Shown piece by piece: positions 60,616-64,000 of a DNA stretch of 64,000 bases. Location of the stretch: positions 1-64,000 of the forward strand of contig NIVC01003853.1 of the NCBI GenBank assembly GCA_002269645.1, in the 5' to 3' direction. Within the stretch, counting starts at the first letter, position 1; the number at the start of each line of letters is the position of its first letter. Origin of the DNA: Macrostomum lignano. Its lineage: Eukaryota. The notes beneath the pieces were generated by a model. It made no database searches. It saw only the letters and a program-made list of their open reading frames with translations, and was not told the DNA's origin. The position numbers were made by a program, and so were the translations under genes.

Positions 60616-61150
60616 TTGTTATGTCCTCTTCTTCTGCTTCTATACCGACTATTGCCTCCAGGCTACCATCTGACATCAAAGTCAAGTCGAAGAAGCATTA
60701 TTTAAAATACGAGCTGTTCACAAGCTTTATTTGCCTCTAGCCGGCGCACGTCTTGCTTGCCCTTTGTAATACTGTTAGCCTTCTGAAAAACCTACGCCCT
60801 AAAATTTTCCCCAGAAAGGAGATTTCCCGTCCTTCTACTTTGAGTAGCCCTTGCTTAGAGCATGCTCACTTTCCAATAGATGAATAGGAAGCATTGAACC
60901 AATAAGGAAGGCGGGCAAGGGACTCATGTTACAAATGTACTTTCCGGAGCTGTCATGTATATAAATAAAGTTTCATTTTATAGTACGCAAAAGCGGCACT
61001 ATCCGCATATATACATGGCGTTTTTGTGTGCAACATTGCCACGGATTTCCCGCGGAAATTCCGTCTATTTTTAACATAAAGCTCTGCGCGCTGCAAAGCA
61101 AAGCAAAACTTCTACTGCATCAGACCCAGTTTTTTAGATTCGCCTTTAAA

Positions 61151-61801
61151 ATGCCGGAAATCTACCAGCGCTGGAACGGGTCCAGGGACAAAGGAAACCT
61201 GGAATTTTGGCGAAGCGAGGAGTTCCGCAACGAATACGCAAGATTTGAGATGGTCAAGAAGAAAGAAATCGTGTACAGCCTCATCAGGAAGAAGATGCAT
61301 GCCGCCATCATGTCCTCTGACAGGACCAGCTACCGGGTGCTGTCGCTGGGCTGCGGTCCCGGCTCCGACTTGCTGGCGGCCATGCAGGTCTCCCAGTCCG
61401 TGTGCCTCATGGAGGAATTGGAGCCCCTGACCGTCAAGGTCACGGGAGTTGACCGCTATGAGTGGTCGCTGGACAGCTTCAGCGCTAAGACAGACGCCAT
61501 CGAAAGGCGGGGACCGATCGAGAACTTCCGAGATAAATTTTACTTCTGCAGCATGCAGCGGTATTTTGAATTCGCTCGCAGAAGTGGAAAGCGATTCGAC
61601 TTCATCATTTTGAGCTTCGCTGAAGTGAAGAAGAAGCTGGAATTCGTCTCCAACCGCCTGCCTGAGCTGCTCCGAGATGAAGCCAGCAGGATCTTCGTGA
61701 TCGACAACAACATCGAGCCCGTGAGACAGCTGAAACGCTGCGGATTCGAACAGATTGGAACTTTGGCCGGAAAGACAATCTGTTTGATGGGCCAGCAGTG
61801 A
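61151..61801 (+). CDS. Single-exon class I SAM-dependent methyltransferase-like protein, 216 aa
   Basis: First ATG at 61151; YRVLSLGCGPGSDL, VTGVD, FDFIILSF, IFVIDN; paralog of 25992-27516; GC-rich codon usage. Confidence 0.75.
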   Translation: MPEIYQRWNGSRDKGNLEFWRSEEFRNEYARFEMVKKKEIVYSLIRKKMHAAIMSSDRTSYRVLSLGCGPGSDLLAAMQVSQSVCLMEELEPLTVKVTGVDRYEWSLDSFSAKTDAIERRGPIENFRDKFYFCSMQRYFEFARRSGKRFDFIILSFAEVKKKLEFVSNRLPELLRDEASRIFVIDNNIEPVRQLKRCGFEQIGTLAGKTICLMGQQ

Positions 61802-62350
61802 TCGAGCTGGCTGAGGTGAGGGACACCGCGATCGGAGGCGTCGCAGTTAGCGTTGTTAATCTGCAAGCGGCTTATTTTGTTTTGAAGTTACTATTTTGTA
61901 TTATAGGCAGGTGGCTATATGCGACATTGTCACATTGCTGCCCATTTCGCCGGCTCCCCTAAACAGGCACACAAGCGCAAGGATACGTACGCAATCATTC
62001 GCAAGCGGTCCCAACTTTATCGTTTGGCATATAACACTATAGGGTTGGCCCTCAATAGCGTCAATTGCACGAGCAGAGCCAAGATGCGATTCCAGTTTAG
62101 TCCCAAATTAATGTGACTGCACTGGGAATCGAGCCTGGGCCGCTGGCTTTAGGGAGGCTGCGGTCCCTGTTTTGAAGTTAGTACACAGTTTGTGAGGGCA
62201 GAGTTCTGAAGCCTTTTTCTGCGAAGCGAATTTTCTAACTTGTGAAGCTTCATGTATGTGAAATTGGTTGCTAAAGCTTTTTCTTGGTTTGTGAAATTTT
62301 TACGACCGGCTTGTGAAGCGACTCTCTATTTTTAGCCACAGCTGCTCTAA

Positions 62351-62480
62351 AGGCTCGTTCACACCGCCATCAAATAATACCAAATTTCGTGTGATCACAA
62401 AACTTGTACACTAAATTTGGTTCCTTTGTACATTGTTCGTGTGCTTTGGCGGCTAATTTGAAGGCAGTGTGAATGAGGCT
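62351..62480. mobile_element. MITE, Harbinger-like
   Basis: Imperfect TIRs aggctcgttcacaccgcc / ggcagtgtgaatgaggct; flanks TAA / TCA. Confidence 0.55.
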
Positions 62481-62779
62481 TCAGCCCCTGCAGATCTCAG
62501 CAAATTGGGGGAAGGAATATCTAGTTGGTTCCATGTTGGTTGATTCTCGGAACTTGCAAAAACTGAAAAGCTGTTCTATTTTTAGTACCACTGCACGGTC
62601 TGTGAGGCAGGAATCGATACCACCAGTATAGCGCTGGCCAGCTTTGTCAGCCAGCCAGTCAAGCAAAGTAAAAATATCAGTACAGTTGCGCTACTAACTG
62701 CTCACGTACTGACTCAGTTCATTCTCAGATTCATGACTTAAAAACGTGATACGAGCCGTACTGAATTTCAGAGCTTCAA

Positions 62780-63210
62780 CTCATGAAGTTTCGGTCTCAT
62801 GAGGTTTCGGTCTCACGATGTTTAGGTCTCATGAAGTTTAGGTCTCATGAAGTTTAGGTCTCATGAAGTTTAGGTCTCATGAAGTTTAGGTCTCATGAAG
62901 TTTCGGTCTCATGAAGTAGTTAGGTCTTATGAAGTTTAGGTCTCATGAAGTTTAGGTCTCATGAAGTTTAGGTCTCATGAAGTTTGGGTCTCATGAAGTT
63001 TAGGTCTCTTGAAGTTTAGGTCTCATGAAGTTTAGGTCTCATGAAGTTTAGATCTCATGAAGTTTAGGTCTCATGAAGTTTCGGTCTCATGAAGTTTAGG
63101 TCTCATGAAGTTTAGGTCTCATGAAGTTTAGGTCGCATGAAGTTTAGGTCTCATAAAGTAGTTAGGTCTCATGAAGTTTGGGTCTCTTGAAGTTTAGGTC
63201 TTGTGAAGTT
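62780..63210. repeat. 16-bp minisatellite
   Basis: Unit tcatgaagtttaggtc. Confidence 0.9.
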
Positions 63211-63809
63211 AGGTCTTACTTAGGACTTACGGCTATGAGCTTTTGTAAGCTCGCGTTACTGCTCACATGGTCATTTTGGATAAACTTTTCTTCACACAAT
63301 GCTGTGTTTCTATTTAGTCTCACCTTGGCTCAATGCACACAGCACGAACTATCGGCTCAAGTCAGCTTTACTACTCAACCTCACACAACTGTCTAATTTA
63401 AAACAAACACATTTAACTTCACGACAAAGACTGCCATCAGCATAGGCATCCTGTTTATATCTTGATTCAAGAAAAACTTCGGGAATGCCGATCTGATTGA
63501 GAAGCCATGCTGCTGTTGGGGGGAAGTTGACTACAGAATCAAAAGACACAGACAGCCTTTGGACTCTTGGAGACTGCCATGGACTTACAGAAAGCCTCTT
63601 CTGTGATTGCCTGACAGGTCCTGGTAGAATCGCCCCGGAGATTCATTTTGAGATTTATGGGTTGTTGCCAATGAAAAAACTAGCTTTAAAAGATAAATTG
63701 AAAACATAACTGGCCTGGGAGTCGATGAGGGGGGTGTTTGTGAGAAGCCGTGTGGGAGTGTGGAAAGTTGCATGGGAAACAGTGTGGGAAGCCATATGAG
63801 AAGCAATGT

Positions 63810-64000
63810 GGGAAGCAGTCTGGAAGCAGTCTGGAAGCAGTCTGGAAGCAGTCTGGAAGCAATCTGGAAGCAATTTTGAAGCAGTCTAGAAGCAGTTTGA
63901 AAGCAGTCTGGAAGCAGTCTGAAAGCAATTTGGAAGCAGTCTAGAAGCAATCTGGAAGCAGACTTGAAGCAGTATGGACAGCAATTTTGAAGCAGTCTAG
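63810..64000. repeat. 11-bp minisatellite running off the window
   Basis: Unit gcagtctggaa. Confidence 0.85.

Noticed and set aside
62120-62175. tRNA gene or SINE (B-box-like GGCTCGATTCCC on the minus strand)
   Set aside because: No complete cloverleaf or clear A box; at most a fragment

Overview
Eukaryotic (animal) genomic DNA with dense minisatellites and 36-38 nt micro-introns. That intron size fits a flatworm-like genome, but the species cannot be fixed from sequence alone. Host genes: (1) a multi-exon single-pass membrane glycoprotein on the minus strand (~13.2-18.8 kb), with a pseudogenised duplicate (~36.1-47.5 kb); (2) two class I SAM-methyltransferase-like paralogs (26.0-27.5 kb minus, 61.15-61.8 kb plus); (3) a divergent Slo/BK-family K+ channel gene (52.1-60.2 kb minus) that lacks the calcium bowl and has an SVGFG filter. 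Mobile elements: one complete, very young Ty3/Gypsy LTR retrotransposon (38665-47169; near-identical LTRs, GTAT TSD, tRNA-His PBS, -1 frameshift signal), a 5'-truncated sister element (~5500-11282), a related solo LTR, hAT/Harbinger-type MITEs, and Tc1/mariner and LINE remnants. Main observation: both Gypsy elements carry, in the env position after pol, a homologous third ORF that is not an envelope. It encodes an intact Hsp40-type J-domain (HPD), an acidic SIM-like segment and a shared helical C-terminal domain. In both elements a splice acceptor sits directly before its ATG and a candidate donor lies in the LTR. This points to a retrotransposon clade encoding its own Hsp70 co-chaperone. Second observation: a strongly over-represented motif family TA-CGAG-(0-2 nt)-TA that behaves like an insertion at TA and may be DNA-transposon excision footprints. 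All counts and alignments were made by eye; no database searches were run.
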